NCBI GenBank assembly: GCA_965222225.1
Contig: CBDCTK010000002.1
Location: 4,064,001 to 4,128,000 of the forward strand
Source: Candidatus Poribacteria bacterium
GTDB taxonomy: Bacteria > Poribacteria > WGA-4E > JAJDTR01
Direction of reading: 5' to 3'
DNA length: 64,000 bases
The translations under genes were made by a program, and so were the position numbers. The notes beneath the pieces were generated by a model. That model did not search any database. It was given only the letters and a program-made list of their open reading frames with translations, and was not told where the DNA came from. This document shows positions 1-11,376 of this stretch, in pieces; position 1 is the stretch's first letter, and every line of letters begins with the position of its first letter.

Positions 1-1926
1 GATACCGGGGTTTTCACGGAATTGCCGACGTACCTCCTGCACCATGGCTCCTGCGGCGCGTCCGACAGCCTTCATGGTCAACGCGCAGAAGAAAAATGCC
101 ATAACCGCCCCGATAAACAAGCCAATCAAGACTTGAGGGTTCATCAACGTCACGTCGTAGTAAGTCATGAACTGAGAAATACTCACCTCTAAAGTATCTA
201 CTGAGCCCACGCCAGGGATGTCGAGGTGCGTTTTACCCGCAAGGTGCACCAAGCCGTACCGAACCTCCTCTAAGTAGGCGGCGAGGAGTGCAAGTGCGGT
301 CAGCGCAGCGGAACCGATGGCAAACCCCTTACCGGTTGCGGCAGTCGTGTTGCCGAGCGAATCCAACTGATCTGTCCGCTGACGGACGGCTGGGTCGAGA
401 TCAGCCATCTCGGCGTTACCCCCCGCATTGTCGGCAATCGGTCCGTAGGCATCGGTCGCAAGCGTAATTCCGAGTGTTGCGAGCATACCGACCGCTGCAA
501 TGCCAACGCCGTACAATCCCATTAAGGTGTCATCGGCGCCGCCCGGCAGATAAAAGCTGACAGCGACGGCCGCAATAATTGTTAGTACGGGAATGGCGGT
601 TGACTGCATACCCACGGCGATTCCCTCAATAATTACTGTCGCTGGGCCAGTTTCTGATTGCTTGGCAATGCCTTGCGTAGGACTGTAGTCGTGGGATGTG
701 TAGACTTCGGTAACTTTACCGATTATCAAGCCCGCGGACAAACCTGCCACAATCGCGCCCCAAATTTGCCATTTGTTCGGCAGGTCCAAATACATCAGCA
801 CCAGGATTGCCAGTATAGCAATCCCAACTGCGCTACCGTTGATACCCAGATTGAGCGCCCCCATCAACTGCTTCATACTCGCGCCTTCTTTGGTGCGCAC
901 CATGTAGATTCCCAACACGGACAGAATCACGCCGATACCCGCCAGTACCATCGGCGCCGATAGGTACTTCAACTGAAGCGCGATGTTATCGTGATCCTTG
1001 GCGGCTACGGCAGCGACGCCGAGTGCGGCGGTAGCCAAGATTGAGCCGGCATAAGATTCGTAGAGATCCGCTCCCATGCCTGCGACATCACCCACGTTGT
1101 CGCCGACGTTGTCCGCGATGACCGCTGGATTGCGCGGATCGTCTTCGGGAATGCCCGCCTCCACCTTGCCTACCAGATCGGCGCCCACATCAGCCGCCTT
1201 GGTGTAGATGCCGCCGCCCACACGAGCGAAGAGTGCTTGCGTTGAAGCCCCCATACCGAAACTCAACATGATTACGGTGATTTGGGGTAGAGGGTTTTCT
1301 CCCAAGAAGCCGGGGAAAATCTTTGGGAACAGATAGTAGAGGATTAGAAACCAGCCCGCGATGTCCAATAGAGCAAAACCGACGACCACCAATCCCATCA
1401 CAGCGCCCGCGCGAAAAGCGACTCGCAGCCCCGCGTTGAGTCCGTCCATTGCGGCGCACGTTGTGCGGGCAGACGCGTTAGTGGCGGTCTTCATTCCCAG
1501 AAATCCGCAAAGCCCCGAGAAAAATCCTCCCGTCAGGAACGCAAACGGGACGACCTTGTTTTGAGCGTGCAGCCCAAAAGCCATGATGAGGAAAATGACG
1601 CACAGCACGATAAAGACGATTGTCACCACTTTATACTGTTGTCGCAGGTAAGCCATCGCCCCGTCGCGCACTGCCTGCGCAATCTCACGCATGACATCCG
1701 TTCCTTCACTCTGCTTCATGACGGATTTGTAAAAAACGAACGCAAACACCAAAGCAACAATCGAACCGATTAGCGTAATCCACCAAGCGTCCGGCACAGG
1801 CGGAAGCTTCCCATCCGTTTGGGCAAGAGCGAAATTGGTTACGACCATGCTCAACAATAAGACAAGAAATATCAGGCATCGCCGGTTTATCCGACGACAC
1901 CACTTTCGTTGAGGATTTTCTGACAT
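1..1926 (-). CDS. hppA: Membrane-integral K+-dependent cation-translocating pyrophosphatase; 3' end runs off the window
   Basis: Manual translation from ATG 1926 (RBS AAGGAG) gives [44 protein letters not shown] and [11 protein letters not shown]. Absent from the ORF track because its stop lies outside the window. Confidence 0.95.
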   Translation of the reverse strand, partial: MSENPQRKWCRRINRRCLIFLVLLLSMVVTNFALAQTDGKLPPVPDAWWITLIGSIVALVFAFVFYKSVMKQSEGTDVMREIAQAVRDGAMAYLRQQYKVVTIVFIVLCVIFLIMAFGLHAQNKVVPFAFLTGGFFSGLCGFLGMKTATNASARTTCAAMDGLNAGLRVAFRAGAVMGLVVVGFALLDIAGWFLILYYLFPKIFPGFLGENPLPQITVIMLSFGMGASTQALFARVGGGIYTKAADVGADLVGKVEAGIPEDDPRNPAVIADNVGDNVGDVAGMGADLYESYAGSILATAALGVAAVAAKDHDNIALQLKYLSAPMVLAGIGVILSVLGIYMVRTKEGASMKQLMGALNLGINGSAVGIAILAILVLMYLDLPNKWQIWGAIVAGLSAGLIIGKVTEVYTSHDYSPTQGIAKQSETGPATVIIEGIAVGMQSTAIPVLTIIAAVAVSFYLPGGADDTLMGLYGVGIAAVGMLATLGITLATDAYGPIADNAGGNAEMADLDPAVRQRTDQLDSLGNTTAATGKGFAIGSAALTALALLAAYLEEVRYGLVHLAGKTHLDIPGVGSVDTLEVSISQFMTYYDVTLMNPQVLIGLFIGAVMAFFFCALTMKAVGRAAGAMVQEVRRQFRENPGI

Positions 1927-2072
1927 TGCAACTCCTTTTTCTAAAGTGTGGTATAAACAACTCTCAATGGGCGACAGATCGCCCCACCAAAGTAACAGTT
2001 TCTAGATTGCATAAGATTGTGCAATTTGTCGCGATTCGGAGATCGCTCCTACCAGTGTGCTTCCCGTGGGAG

Positions 2073-2120
2073 GAATCAAGGGAACGGATAGTGACCGCGA
2101 TAGAATTCCCATAGAGATCC
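2073..2120 (-). repeat. Modular GGATCTCTAT/TTGATC repeat copy inside a REP arm
   Basis: Reverse strand reads GGATCTCTATGG GAATTCTATCGC GGTCACTATCC GTTCCCTTGATT; flanked by GTGGGAGG and TCTCCGATTCCCGAC. Confidence 0.85.
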
Positions 2121-2230
2121 TCTCCGATTCCCGACATCACGAAGGCATTCCAATTCCCGACGATAGCTCGCGATTCGGAGATCGCTCCTACAAACCATTT
2201 GGTGTTCAACTGCGCAAATCCTAACGTTTA

Positions 2231-3562
2231 TTAAACTAGCCCCAACGCCTGCGCCGCCTCCCCAACAAGTATCATCGACCCCGTTATACAAATCAGGTCA
2301 CTTGGACTCGCGACTGATTTTGCTGTTGCAATCGCATCGCTAACCGATTGACTGATTCGGAGATCAGCTCCAATGTCCGACCACGTGCGGACGATTTCGT
2401 CAGCGCCGACAGCGCGAGGGTTGTCCCACATCTCGGTCGCGATGATTGTGTTCGACATAGGACATAGCAACTGCCCGATTCCTCGCAAGTCTTTGTCCCT
2501 CATGAATCCGACGATGAGGATTAGCTTTTCATAGTGAAAAACTTCTCCGATTGTGCCACATAACATCTCCACCGACGCCGGAGAGTGTGCGCCATCAAGC
2601 AGTATAGCGGGTGCGCCCCCAACCAACTGCAAACGACCGGGTAAACGTGCCTCCTTCAACCCGCCGTATACGCCCGCTGTGGAGATTTCATATCCCGACG
2701 CTTGAATCCTGTCGATACATGCGATAGCTGTCGCCGCGTTGATTGCTTGATGCACCCCCAATAGCGGCAAAAAGAGGTCTGGGTAAGATTCCTTCGGGGT
2801 GCGGACATCGAATGTCTGCCCATGAATATCGTGCACCCCGTGTTCCCATGTTACGTCCCGTCCGACCAGAGAGATAGGCGCGTTCCGATCTGCGGCCACA
2901 ACTTCAAAAACCGATTGCGCCTCCTCGGACTGCGGCGCAAGCACAACCGGGCGGTTCGGCTTGATAATTTCCGCCTTTTCCTTCGCAATGGCTTCGTGCG
3001 TGTTCCCCAAGATTGTCGTGTGCTCCAAGCTGATTGGGGTGATGACACTCACGAGCGGATTAACGATGTTGGTCGCATCCAGGCGCCCCCCGAGTCCGAC
3101 CTCGATAACCGCAAAATCTACCCCTTGGTCGGCAAAATAGGTAAACGCAAGCGCCGTATATATTTCAAAGAAAGAGACATCTCCGATTCCGTCTATCCCC
3201 GAAACCGCCTCTATCTCCGGCGTGAGCCGATTCACGCAATAGGCGAACGCGGCCACCGAGATAAGATTCGAGTCGATGCGACAGCGTTCGCGCGGGGTCA
3301 CCAGATGGGGAGAGGTAAACAAGCCCGTCTTGAAACCGGCATGGCTAAGTATCGACGCGATGAATGTAGCCGTGGATCCTTTGCCTTTGCTGCCGGCGAC
3401 ATGAACCACCTTGAGATTGCGGTGCGGATTCCCAAGTCGATTTAAGAGGCGAGAGATACGATCGAGGTTATAAAGGCGTGCTAGTCTGGAGAAATCGGGA
3501 CTTCTCTCGGCGTTGATAAAGGAATTGATATAGGCAAGTGCCTCTTCATAATTCAACATCAT
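2231..3562 (-). CDS. folC: Bifunctional folylpolyglutamate synthase / dihydrofolate synthase
   Basis: HVAGSKGKGS, FTSPHL, EVGLGGRLDATN and LDGAHS motifs. Confidence 0.95.
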   Translation of the reverse strand: MMLNYEEALAYINSFINAERSPDFSRLARLYNLDRISRLLNRLGNPHRNLKVVHVAGSKGKGSTATFIASILSHAGFKTGLFTSPHLVTPRERCRIDSNLISVAAFAYCVNRLTPEIEAVSGIDGIGDVSFFEIYTALAFTYFADQGVDFAVIEVGLGGRLDATNIVNPLVSVITPISLEHTTILGNTHEAIAKEKAEIIKPNRPVVLAPQSEEAQSVFEVVAADRNAPISLVGRDVTWEHGVHDIHGQTFDVRTPKESYPDLFLPLLGVHQAINAATAIACIDRIQASGYEISTAGVYGGLKEARLPGRLQLVGGAPAILLDGAHSPASVEMLCGTIGEVFHYEKLILIVGFMRDKDLRGIGQLLCPMSNTIIATEMWDNPRAVGADEIVRTWSDIGADLRISQSVSDAIATAKSVASPSDLICITGSMILVGEAAQALGLV

Positions 3563-3600
3563 GTGAAACGCAAAGAATGGCACATCGTGCGGCGTACAGT

Positions 3601-4875
3601 TTACGGCAAGAGACGAAGATCTTCATAGACGGGGAACTGGTGGGAAAGCTCTAAAACCTTAGCCTTGACACGTTTCTTGACTTCCGAGTCGCGCCGGCCT
3701 TCGAGTGTTTCGGTGATTAAATCGGCGATTACCCTCATTTCTGTCTCCTGCATCCCGCGTGTCGTCACCATCGGGGTACCGAGGCGGATACCGCTCGTTG
3801 TCACGGCTGAACGCTTGTCGAAGGGGATTGTATTCTTATTGACGATAATTCCCGATTCCTCAAGATGGTCTGCCGCTTGCCGTCCGCTTAATTTCTCATA
3901 CGATGTGCTCAGGTCGATTAACATCAAGTGATTCTCCGTGCCGCCGGTGATTGAACGAAGTCCGTTCGAATTGAGAGTCTCTGCCATCGCCTGCGCATTC
4001 TTGACCACTTGCGTCTGGTATTCTTTGAAGGCGGGTTCCATCGCTTCCTTGAAGGCAACCGCTTTGGCGGCTATGGAGTGCATGAACGGACCGCCCTGCA
4101 ACCCGGGAAACACAGCCCGATCAATGGCTTCGGCAAATTCTTGCCGGCACATCACCATAGCGCCGCGCGGTCCGCGCAAGGTTTTGTGCGTTGTCGTGGT
4201 TATCACGTCGCAATACGGAGCCGGGTCGGGATGGACATCTGCGGCGATAAGCCCGGCGATGTGGGCGATGTCAGCCAAGAGATACGCATTCACGGAATCG
4301 GCAATCGCTCGCCATTCCGCGAAATCGAACCGGCGCGAATAAGCTGTGGCGCCAACCACAATCAGCTTCGGGCGATGCTGCTCCGCGAGTTCCCCGACGG
4401 CGTTCATGTCGATGCGTTCCGTCTCGGGATCAACGCCATAGTGAACAATATTGTAGTACCTGCCCGAGAAGTTCTGCTTCAGCCCATGGCTCAGATGCCC
4501 GCCGTGATCGAGCTTCAGCGACAGAATGGTGTCGCCCGGTTCCAAAATCGCGTGGTAGGCAGCCATATTCGCCTGAGTGCCGGCGTGCGGTTGAACATTT
4601 ACATGGTCAACGCCGAAGAGTTGCTTGGCGCGATTTATCGCCAAGGATTCGACGCCATCCATGAACTGACAACCGTTATAGTAACGCGCTGCCGGATAAC
4701 CCTCGGCATACTTGTTCGCCAAGATGCTGCCCTGTGCCTGCATCACGGCTATACTGGCGTAATTCTCGGAAGGGATTAAGGTGAGGCAATTCTGCTGGCG
4801 TTCCAGATCCTGGAGCGTTATTTCGACAAGTTCGGGGTCAACTTCGTGGAGCGACCTATCCATCAAATTTTCCAA
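3601..4875 (-). CDS. glyA: Serine hydroxymethyltransferase
   Basis: [34 protein letters not shown] (PLP lysine), SGIRLGTP. Confidence 0.98.
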   Translation of the reverse strand: MENLMDRSLHEVDPELVEITLQDLERQQNCLTLIPSENYASIAVMQAQGSILANKYAEGYPAARYYNGCQFMDGVESLAINRAKQLFGVDHVNVQPHAGTQANMAAYHAILEPGDTILSLKLDHGGHLSHGLKQNFSGRYYNIVHYGVDPETERIDMNAVGELAEQHRPKLIVVGATAYSRRFDFAEWRAIADSVNAYLLADIAHIAGLIAADVHPDPAPYCDVITTTTHKTLRGPRGAMVMCRQEFAEAIDRAVFPGLQGGPFMHSIAAKAVAFKEAMEPAFKEYQTQVVKNAQAMAETLNSNGLRSITGGTENHLMLIDLSTSYEKLSGRQAADHLEESGIIVNKNTIPFDKRSAVTTSGIRLGTPMVTTRGMQETEMRVIADLITETLEGRRDSEVKKRVKAKVLELSHQFPVYEDLRLLP

Positions 4876-4956
4876 TATTCCACCGTGCTTCCGGATTCAA
4901 TTCTACGGCAAACATCCTATTGTCAACGACAATCTTCAATCGTCAAAATTTAACGA

Positions 4957-5050
4957 TTATTATGCGGTCGATTCATACCATCCCGGAGGGAAAAAATTGT
5001 ATCACAGATATTAGGCAGTTTCAAGTAAAATATCCGGCGCATCGCGCAGT
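4957..5050 (+). repeat. About 90-bp imperfect direct repeat, copy 1 (copy 2 at 8260-8350)
   Basis: Shared core ACAGATAyTAGGCrGTTTCAAGTAAAATATCCGGCGCATCGCrCAG. Confidence 0.75.
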
Positions 5051-5103
5051 CCCAATGCGCCGTTCCGCCGATAAAAATTCGAGACTTGAACCACTGGACG
5101 TGC

Positions 5104-5329
5104 GTAGGTTGGGTTGAACGGGAATCCATGAGAAATCACACGCGGAAGAAAGGTTCTCGAGATTTCATCCCACCAAAGAAATGCTGGAATTCGAGTGAAA
5201 CCCAACACGTTATCGCACACGCAGCAGTTGGGTTTCGCTATATTCGTGAAGACGAGTGGGGCACTGGAAAGCCGAATTCTCCTTTGAAACGCGATAGAAC
5301 TTGGTTATTGATTGCTCAACCCAACCTAC
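5104..5329. repeat. Inverted pair of GTAGGTTGGGTTGA...GAAACCCAAC REPs, each with a 79-nt loop
   Basis: Units at 5104-5206 (+) and 5227-5329 (-). Confidence 0.8.
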
Positions 5330-5346
5330 AGAAGACCCGCAATAAC

Positions 5347-5448
5347 GGGATTTCTATGGGATCGCTATCGCCCTAAGAGCTCTATCGCATTCGCTAATCG
5401 CTCATTTGATCCTATCCGGTCGGTTGATCTATTCGCTCCCTTTATCCC
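5347..5448 (+). repeat. Modular GGATCTCTAT/TTGATC repeat copy (long)
   Basis: GGATTTCTATGG GATCGCTATCGC..GAGCTCTATCGC ATTCGCTAATC GCTCATTTGATCC TATCC GGTCGGTTGATC... Confidence 0.85.
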
Positions 5449-5566
5449 CGCCCACTCGCAAAACCGACGCTACTCAAAGCAGTCGGGTCGGTTGTAAATT
5501 CGAACACTTGTTTTTTTACTTCTGCGAATATCTCCCAACTCACCGATAGGGAGGTTAGCTCCTTTT

Positions 5567-7574
5567 CTATTTCAAGATCAGCATCTTCCGCGTAGCGGAA
5601 AAATCCCCTGTGGTCAAGTGATAGAAATACACGCCACTTGCCACCCCTTCACCGAAGTTGTTGCGACCATCCCAGTACGCCGCCCTCCCCCGATCGGCAT
5701 AATACCCCGCCAACCGATGCCCCAAATCCAGCCGACGAACCATGAAACCACTGGCATCATAAATCGTCAGAGCGACCTCCGCATCTCTTGAGAGTTGGTA
5801 AGGTATCCACGTCTCCGGGTTGAACGGATTCGGATAGTTTGGCAACAATGCCGTCTCCTCTGGTGTCAAGGTGGCCTTGAGTTACTCTAGCAGCAGCACA
5901 CCCATTTGGGTCGTTGCATCCGTCAAGTCTAGCGTTTGCGCTTGAGCCAACCACTGTCCCACTTCTGTAGCCGTCAGCATCGCCAGTGCTCGTGGATCTG
6001 CGGACGGCGCCGCCGCGTTCCCAAACGCACCCGCAACCAACACCAAATCCAGGATGTTAACAACGCCATCCCTATTGACATCCGCCGCCAAGTCTGCCCC
6101 CGCATCGCCGAGATTCGACGCCACCGACACCAAATCCAAGATATTCACCACATCGTCCTCGTTCACATCCTCCGGAATCGGGGGAGGTTCGGCAGTTGCA
6201 TTAACGGACTGCTCCTCCAGTATCCCTGTTACAGATACAGTAACGGTGTTTATTCCCGGATTTGGTCCCAATGTTAGGATACTCTCCGCTCTACCGTTGC
6301 TATCGGTCATGGCGATTGTCGCACTGAGCGTCCCGCCGTCCGCCGTAACGGAGAATATGACCTGCGCACCTGGTAAGGGTTCGCCGGACTGGTCTCGCAC
6401 CTCCACCACAAACGCTTTTGCCAGCGCCGTCCCGGGCGCGCCCTGGTTGGTTGTCGCCCGAGATTATCTCCAATGACGTGGGTACTCGGACGCCTTCGGC
6501 GGTAAACGTCTGTTCACCCTGAACACCAGTTACAGTCACCACAACAGTGTTCGTTCCCGGTTCGGGATCCAACGTGAGCCTACTCTCTGCTCTGCCATTG
6601 GCATCAGTCGTGACGCTTGTCGCACTAAGCGTCCCACCCCCGCTGCTAACCGAGAATGTCACTTGAACCTCTGGTAAGGGTTGGTCGGATTGGTCTCGCA
6701 CCTCCACCACAAACGCTTTTTCAAGCGCCGTGCCCGGCGGTCCCTGTTGCTCGTCGCCCGAGATTATCTCTAGTTTCTTGGATGTCCGGATTCCTTCGGC
6801 GTTGAAGATTTGTTTTTCTTGAATCCCCGCAACAGACGCTTCAACGGTGTTTGTTTCCGCGCCTGGCCCTAACGTAAGAACGCTTTCCGTCCTGCCGTTG
6901 GCATTTGTCGTCGTGTTAGTGCTGCTGAGTGTCCCGCCGCCCGCCGTGACGGAGAATGTAACCGGCACCCCCTCAAACACAACACTATTCCCATCCTGCA
7001 CTTCAACGATAAACGGGCTTGCAAGTACTGCGTCAGGCGACCCCTCTTGGTCATCGCCTGAAACCATGCGAATTGTCCGGGGCATTCGGTTGTCGAAGAT
7101 TGCTTCAACCCCTCTTTCCTGTAAGGCAGGAATGTGTGTGCGGATGGATGCGTAGTTGAGTGAGTTTCCATGCACACCAACTTTGTCTTCACTCCCCAGC
7201 CCTGAGTTTGCTACTAGCGGCGAGAGGTCCGATATCGTGTTGCCCACAAGAGACAACCAAATCAGGTTGGTTAAGCCCGCCACAGGCGATATATCCGATA
7301 TCATGTTGTTCGCAAGGTTCAGGTTTGTCAGGTTGATGGCAAACTTCAACCCTGTTAAATTTCTAATATTGGCGTTTCTGGCTTCAAGGCGATCCAACGT
7401 TTCCATCTCGGCGGCGGTGATTGTGGCACCCGACGCTTTGTTGAGCGCCATCCCAATCGCAGCGCGGAGGTTGGAGTCGGGGATATCCACGACTTGTGCT
7501 GCTGTGGTTAGCGGTAGAGTAAGGAAAATTGACAGGAGAAAAGTGAATCGAAAAAGTTGTGTTTTCATTGACAT
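5567..7574 (-). pseudogene. Exported protein: internalin-like LRR, three Big_1/invasin-like Ig repeats, dockerin-like EF-hand, C-terminal FlgD/T9SS-like domain; interrupted
   Basis: Signal peptide, IPDSNLRAAI LRR cap, three ..TdANGRAES.LTLGP repeats, DVNxDGVVNILDLV, NYPNPFNPETWIPYQL. Split over three ORFs by a frameshift near 6446 and an in-frame TAA at 5882. Confidence 0.8.
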
Positions 7575-7835
7575 AGCTCCTATGAACTCCGTTTGTAGGG
7601 GATGTGGCTAGGCGCAGTAAATTTTCGGGGCATAGTGCGCGCACTCCAACGCCGACACAGGGTAACCAAAGGAGGCCTACGTGCTGAACACGGGATAATG
7701 CAGCAGGACTTACGCAAACAGCGAACAATGATAATTTTGGCAATAAATTCATGTTGCGGGGCTTTTGTAAGGATTTGAGATTATCAAATCGTAGATGGAA
7801 TCCCCTCAACGATCGTTATTCTCTACGGCGGCTCT

Positions 7836-8185
7836 AAGATCCTGTTTGAATAATAGGTGGCAAAGCAATTTCGGTCACTTTGGGCGCGGCTTTTTCATGT
7901 TTTTGTGGTCGCCTGCTATACACCTGTCAGGATTTCTATCGCACTCACTATTCGCTCGCTTGATCCCACGCTGGGGCTTAGATTCTTGGGTTTCGGCGTT
8001 TCTATAAACCTTCCGCCCCTCTGGGGCTTACAAAGGCTGGTGCGCAGTGCGCACCCTACGGGATTGCGCAAGAAAGAAATGGAGTTTTCAAGAAAAAAGG
8101 GATTTCTATCGCATTCGCTATTCGCTCATTTGATCGGTTTCAGAGCAAAAGTTCTACCCGAAATGAATTTTCAAACAGGCTTTAA
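7836..8185. mobile_element. Putative MITE with terminal inverted repeats, carrying REPs and two modular-repeat copies (7930-7967, 8099-8135)
   Basis: TAAGATCCTGTTTGAATAAT ... ATTTTCAAACAGGCTTTAA; a similar end occurs at about 32518. Confidence 0.45.
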
Positions 8186-8259
8186 GCAATCTTCGATCTG
8201 ACGGACGATTGAAAATCTTACTACCAACGTTTGCCTGTTCAACAGCGCAAGTCCCATCT

Positions 8260-8350
8260 TTATTATGCGGGCAATTCATATCGTCCAAGAAAAAAACTGT
8301 AGCACAGATACTAGGCGGTTTCAAGTAAAATATCCGGCGCATCGCACAGC
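8260..8350 (+). repeat. About 90-bp imperfect direct repeat, copy 2
   Basis: Matches 4957-5050. Confidence 0.75.
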
Positions 8351-8524
8351 CCGCAGGATAGGTTTAGCACATCGAAACAGACTACTTGGCACTCCATCGG
8401 CGTCCCGTTGCTGCTCGGTCTGGATTGACAAATCCAGACCGTTTTTCCTTCTCTTAAGAGGCGACATACCTAAACAAACCGGACTATCTCAAGATCTTGT
8501 TATTGCGCCCACTTTTGTAGGATT

Positions 8525-8614
8525 AATCAAGCGAGTGGACAGCGAAGGATCAAAGGAGCGAATAGCGACTGCGATAGTAAATCCTGATAACAAATCCCGT
8601 ACGATAGAGATCCC
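8525..8614 (-). repeat. Modular repeat copy inside a GTAGGA..TCTCCAGATCGCGAC REP
   Basis: Same module grammar; REP halves on both sides. Confidence 0.85.
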
Positions 8615-8923
8615 TCTCCAGATCGCGACTCCTGCAGTCGGGGTAAGATGCCCCTCCTACGGATACGGTTTGTCGGTAAGATTAGGCGAACGAATGGGAA
8701 GACGCGAAATATCGCAAATCTATCTATATGATGTGAATTCTGACAATCGAAGATTCGTTAGAATCACGTGCGAACGCCTCGGTACGGCACGAGATTTTCG
8801 TTGACGCGCGTTTTCGCGAATGCTATACTGCCGCTAGGTCTAGTCGCATCCTTCCCTCTGACGAGCGCCCCTCTTTCGCTGAAACACCGGCGCCGTCTCC
8901 CACACAATCTTTGAGGACTGTCA

Positions 8924-11122
8924 ATGGCTTGGCGTCTAATCCTTATTTTGTCCGTGCCTTTCATTGTGCTGCTCGGGTGCCAATCTCAAGATTCCCGGAA
9001 TACCCAAGATTCCGAGAGCACGAAGTCACCAGTTGAAAACTCACCCAAGTCAACCGGAAAGCTGAGCGCCCCCCAGACCCGCCCCGAAGATTGGGCGATG
9101 TTCATGCACGATGTGCATTTTTCAGGTAAGAGTCCGGATCAGACGCTCAAGCCGCCGCTAAAGCCGCGCTGGAAATTCAAGACCGGCGGTCCTATCCACG
9201 CAAGTCCCATTATTGTCGATGGCACGGTCTACGTCGGCTCGACGGATGGCAAACTGTACGCGCTTGATGCAAAGCAGTGGGGGGTGAAATGGACGTTCCG
9301 GAGCGGCGATGCCATCCGCTATGCCGCGGCGGTGTGGAACAATCACGTCTGCTTTAGTTCGAGAGACAATCATGTGTACGCCCTCGACGCCAAAACCGGC
9401 GAACTCGTTTGGAAATTCAAATCGGAGACTTGGATAGATTCACCGCCAATTATCTCCAACGGGCAGGTCTACATCGGTGCATTCACGCGCACGATTCACG
9501 TCATTAACGCAACAACGGGAGAAGCGGAGGGAAAACGCCGAAATCGCGTGCAGATTGACGGGATTGAATTCGGCTGTGCTCAAGGTAAATTGCGTCCAAT
9601 TATTCCTGAACACGAAGCTGAGTTGTGGCGGAGTTATGTGGATTACACCTACAGCTTTCCTGTCAGAGCCAATGGCGTGGTTTATATTGGCGCGCGAGAC
9701 AATCATATCCACGCCATCGACGCTGCATCGAAAAAGAAGGTCTGGTCATACGAGACGCGGGGGTTTGTTGACGCGGCTCCTGCGGTCTCCGATGGCTTGC
9801 TTTTCGTCACGTCCCATGATGGCTATGTATACGCCTTCGAGAATCGGACAACGGAATCCCCGCAACCGGATGAACGGCAAGTTGGAATCGTGGTGCACGA
9901 TGAGGCGCCTGTCTATCCTGCCAAAGACTCCGATTCGCCCGTGAAACTTCACCTCAACGACGGCGTCAAACTCCCCATTCTGAATGAAGGGGGTGGTTGG
10001 TATCAAGTTGAACTTCCGGACGGCGAATCCGGGTGGATGGACGAATTTGCCATCGGTAGGTTTGAAGAAACCGACGACGTGCAATTCAATACCTCGATTT
10101 GCTCCAACATCCGTACCTTGGAACTGATTGAGGGTGGTGAATATCCGTACTGGTCGCCCGACGGAAAAGCAATCGCGTTTTTCAAACGAACGAATCTCTC
10201 CGGTCAATATTGGAAAGCGAGCGAAATCTGGATTACGGATAGGGAAGCGAAGCGCTTTCGGAAGTTGTGCGAGGGGAGGTTCTACAATCCACACCTGTCA
10301 TGGACATTCAACGGCAATCTGCTCGCGTTTGAGGCACGTAAAGAGGGTGAGAGCGAAGTATGGACATTTGATCTGAAAACCGCGCGTCTAACCAACCTCG
10401 TGAGCGGCGATGCACCGGTATGGTCGCCAGTCGCGAACAAACTCGCGTTCAGGCGGTGGGAAAAAGGGTTCGATGTCGTGTATCGAATCAACAGCGATAC
10501 AACCGGCTTGGCGCCAATTGCTCGTATCCCGATTGAAGGAAGGGTCGGCGCGTTCAGTTTTTTGGATAAGCCGTCTTGGTCGCCGGACGGAGAGCGAATC
10601 GCCATTGGGCTGGATCACCAGCACTACAAGTCGGGGTACGCCCGCATTCGATTGCAGAACGTCAACGGAACAAGGCTCGGAGAGATACGTACCCAGCATC
10701 AGCGCGTCAAGCAGATCAATTGGTCGGCGGACGGAACAGAACTTGCCTATGTGCTGCTCGGAAGTATTCGCCCCGACCGATTGCTGGACAAACGCCTTCA
10801 CGTCACGGATGTCAATGAACGAAGCCGCACAAGGATTCTCAAACACACGTCGCCGTCATGGTCGCCCCAAGGAAAGTACCTCGCCTATATGGAGCGTGAG
10901 GATTGTATGGGCTTGCAATGGAAGGTGTGGATACTTGATATGGAAACGAATCGGAAGCGGGCTGTTGCACGAGCGGCGGGGGTTCTCACCTCCATTACAT
11001 GGTTGCCCGGAGGGAAACAACTCTGTCTATGGCACACCTCCGACTACCTGCGCGGCGGAGAGTATAAACCCGCCACGACCAAGGGATGGGTTGCGGATGT
11101 CGCCGTGGTGCCGGTGCGTTGA
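8924..11122 (+). CDS. Lipoprotein: PQQ/BamB-like beta-propeller, SH3-like domain and TolB/PD40-like propeller
   Basis: LLGC lipobox, YVGSTDGKLYALDA repeats, GWYQVELPDGESGWM, WSPDG repeats. Confidence 0.85.
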   Translation: MAWRLILILSVPFIVLLGCQSQDSRNTQDSESTKSPVENSPKSTGKLSAPQTRPEDWAMFMHDVHFSGKSPDQTLKPPLKPRWKFKTGGPIHASPIIVDGTVYVGSTDGKLYALDAKQWGVKWTFRSGDAIRYAAAVWNNHVCFSSRDNHVYALDAKTGELVWKFKSETWIDSPPIISNGQVYIGAFTRTIHVINATTGEAEGKRRNRVQIDGIEFGCAQGKLRPIIPEHEAELWRSYVDYTYSFPVRANGVVYIGARDNHIHAIDAASKKKVWSYETRGFVDAAPAVSDGLLFVTSHDGYVYAFENRTTESPQPDERQVGIVVHDEAPVYPAKDSDSPVKLHLNDGVKLPILNEGGGWYQVELPDGESGWMDEFAIGRFEETDDVQFNTSICSNIRTLELIEGGEYPYWSPDGKAIAFFKRTNLSGQYWKASEIWITDREAKRFRKLCEGRFYNPHLSWTFNGNLLAFEARKEGESEVWTFDLKTARLTNLVSGDAPVWSPVANKLAFRRWEKGFDVVYRINSDTTGLAPIARIPIEGRVGAFSFLDKPSWSPDGERIAIGLDHQHYKSGYARIRLQNVNGTRLGEIRTQHQRVKQINWSADGTELAYVLLGSIRPDRLLDKRLHVTDVNERSRTRILKHTSPSWSPQGKYLAYMEREDCMGLQWKVWILDMETNRKRAVARAAGVLTSITWLPGGKQLCLWHTSDYLRGGEYKPATTKGWVADVAVVPVR

Positions 11123-11254
11123 GAACAAGGGAATGGATAATGAGTGATCGCACGACCGAATAGAATCAAACGAGTGGATAGATCAAATGAGCGATTAGCA
11201 AGCTGGATTTACTATGGGAGTTCTATCGCACTCATTATTCATTCGCTTGATCCC
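11123..11254. repeat. Two oppositely oriented modular repeat arms between convergent genes
   Basis: 11123-11200 (-) and 11205-11254 (+). Confidence 0.8.
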
Positions 11255-11290
11255 TCCGATACGTGTCTACATTATTTAGGACGGTTCACC

Positions 11291-11333
11291 CATTACGTAT
11301 TACGTATTACGTATTACGCACTTACGCATTACT
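11291..11333 (+). repeat. Heptamer tandem repeat (ATTACGT)n
   Basis: cattacgtattacgtattacgtattacgcacttacgcattac. Confidence 0.8.
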
Positions 11334-11376
11334 CGCCTAACCCATCCCCTTTCCGACACAAAAGATACGTTCCCCT

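Noticed and set aside
300-1960. Short ORFs overlapping hppA, and similar antisense ORFs inside other long genes
   Set aside because: Shadow ORFs of confident genes in another frame or on the other strand.
7795-8804. Short ORFs containing SIALTIRSLDP or ERIATAI peptides (also at 1964, 11144, 16167, 22086, 27307)
   Set aside because: They are chance open frames across repeat mosaics, with no RBS, consistent start or consistent orientation.
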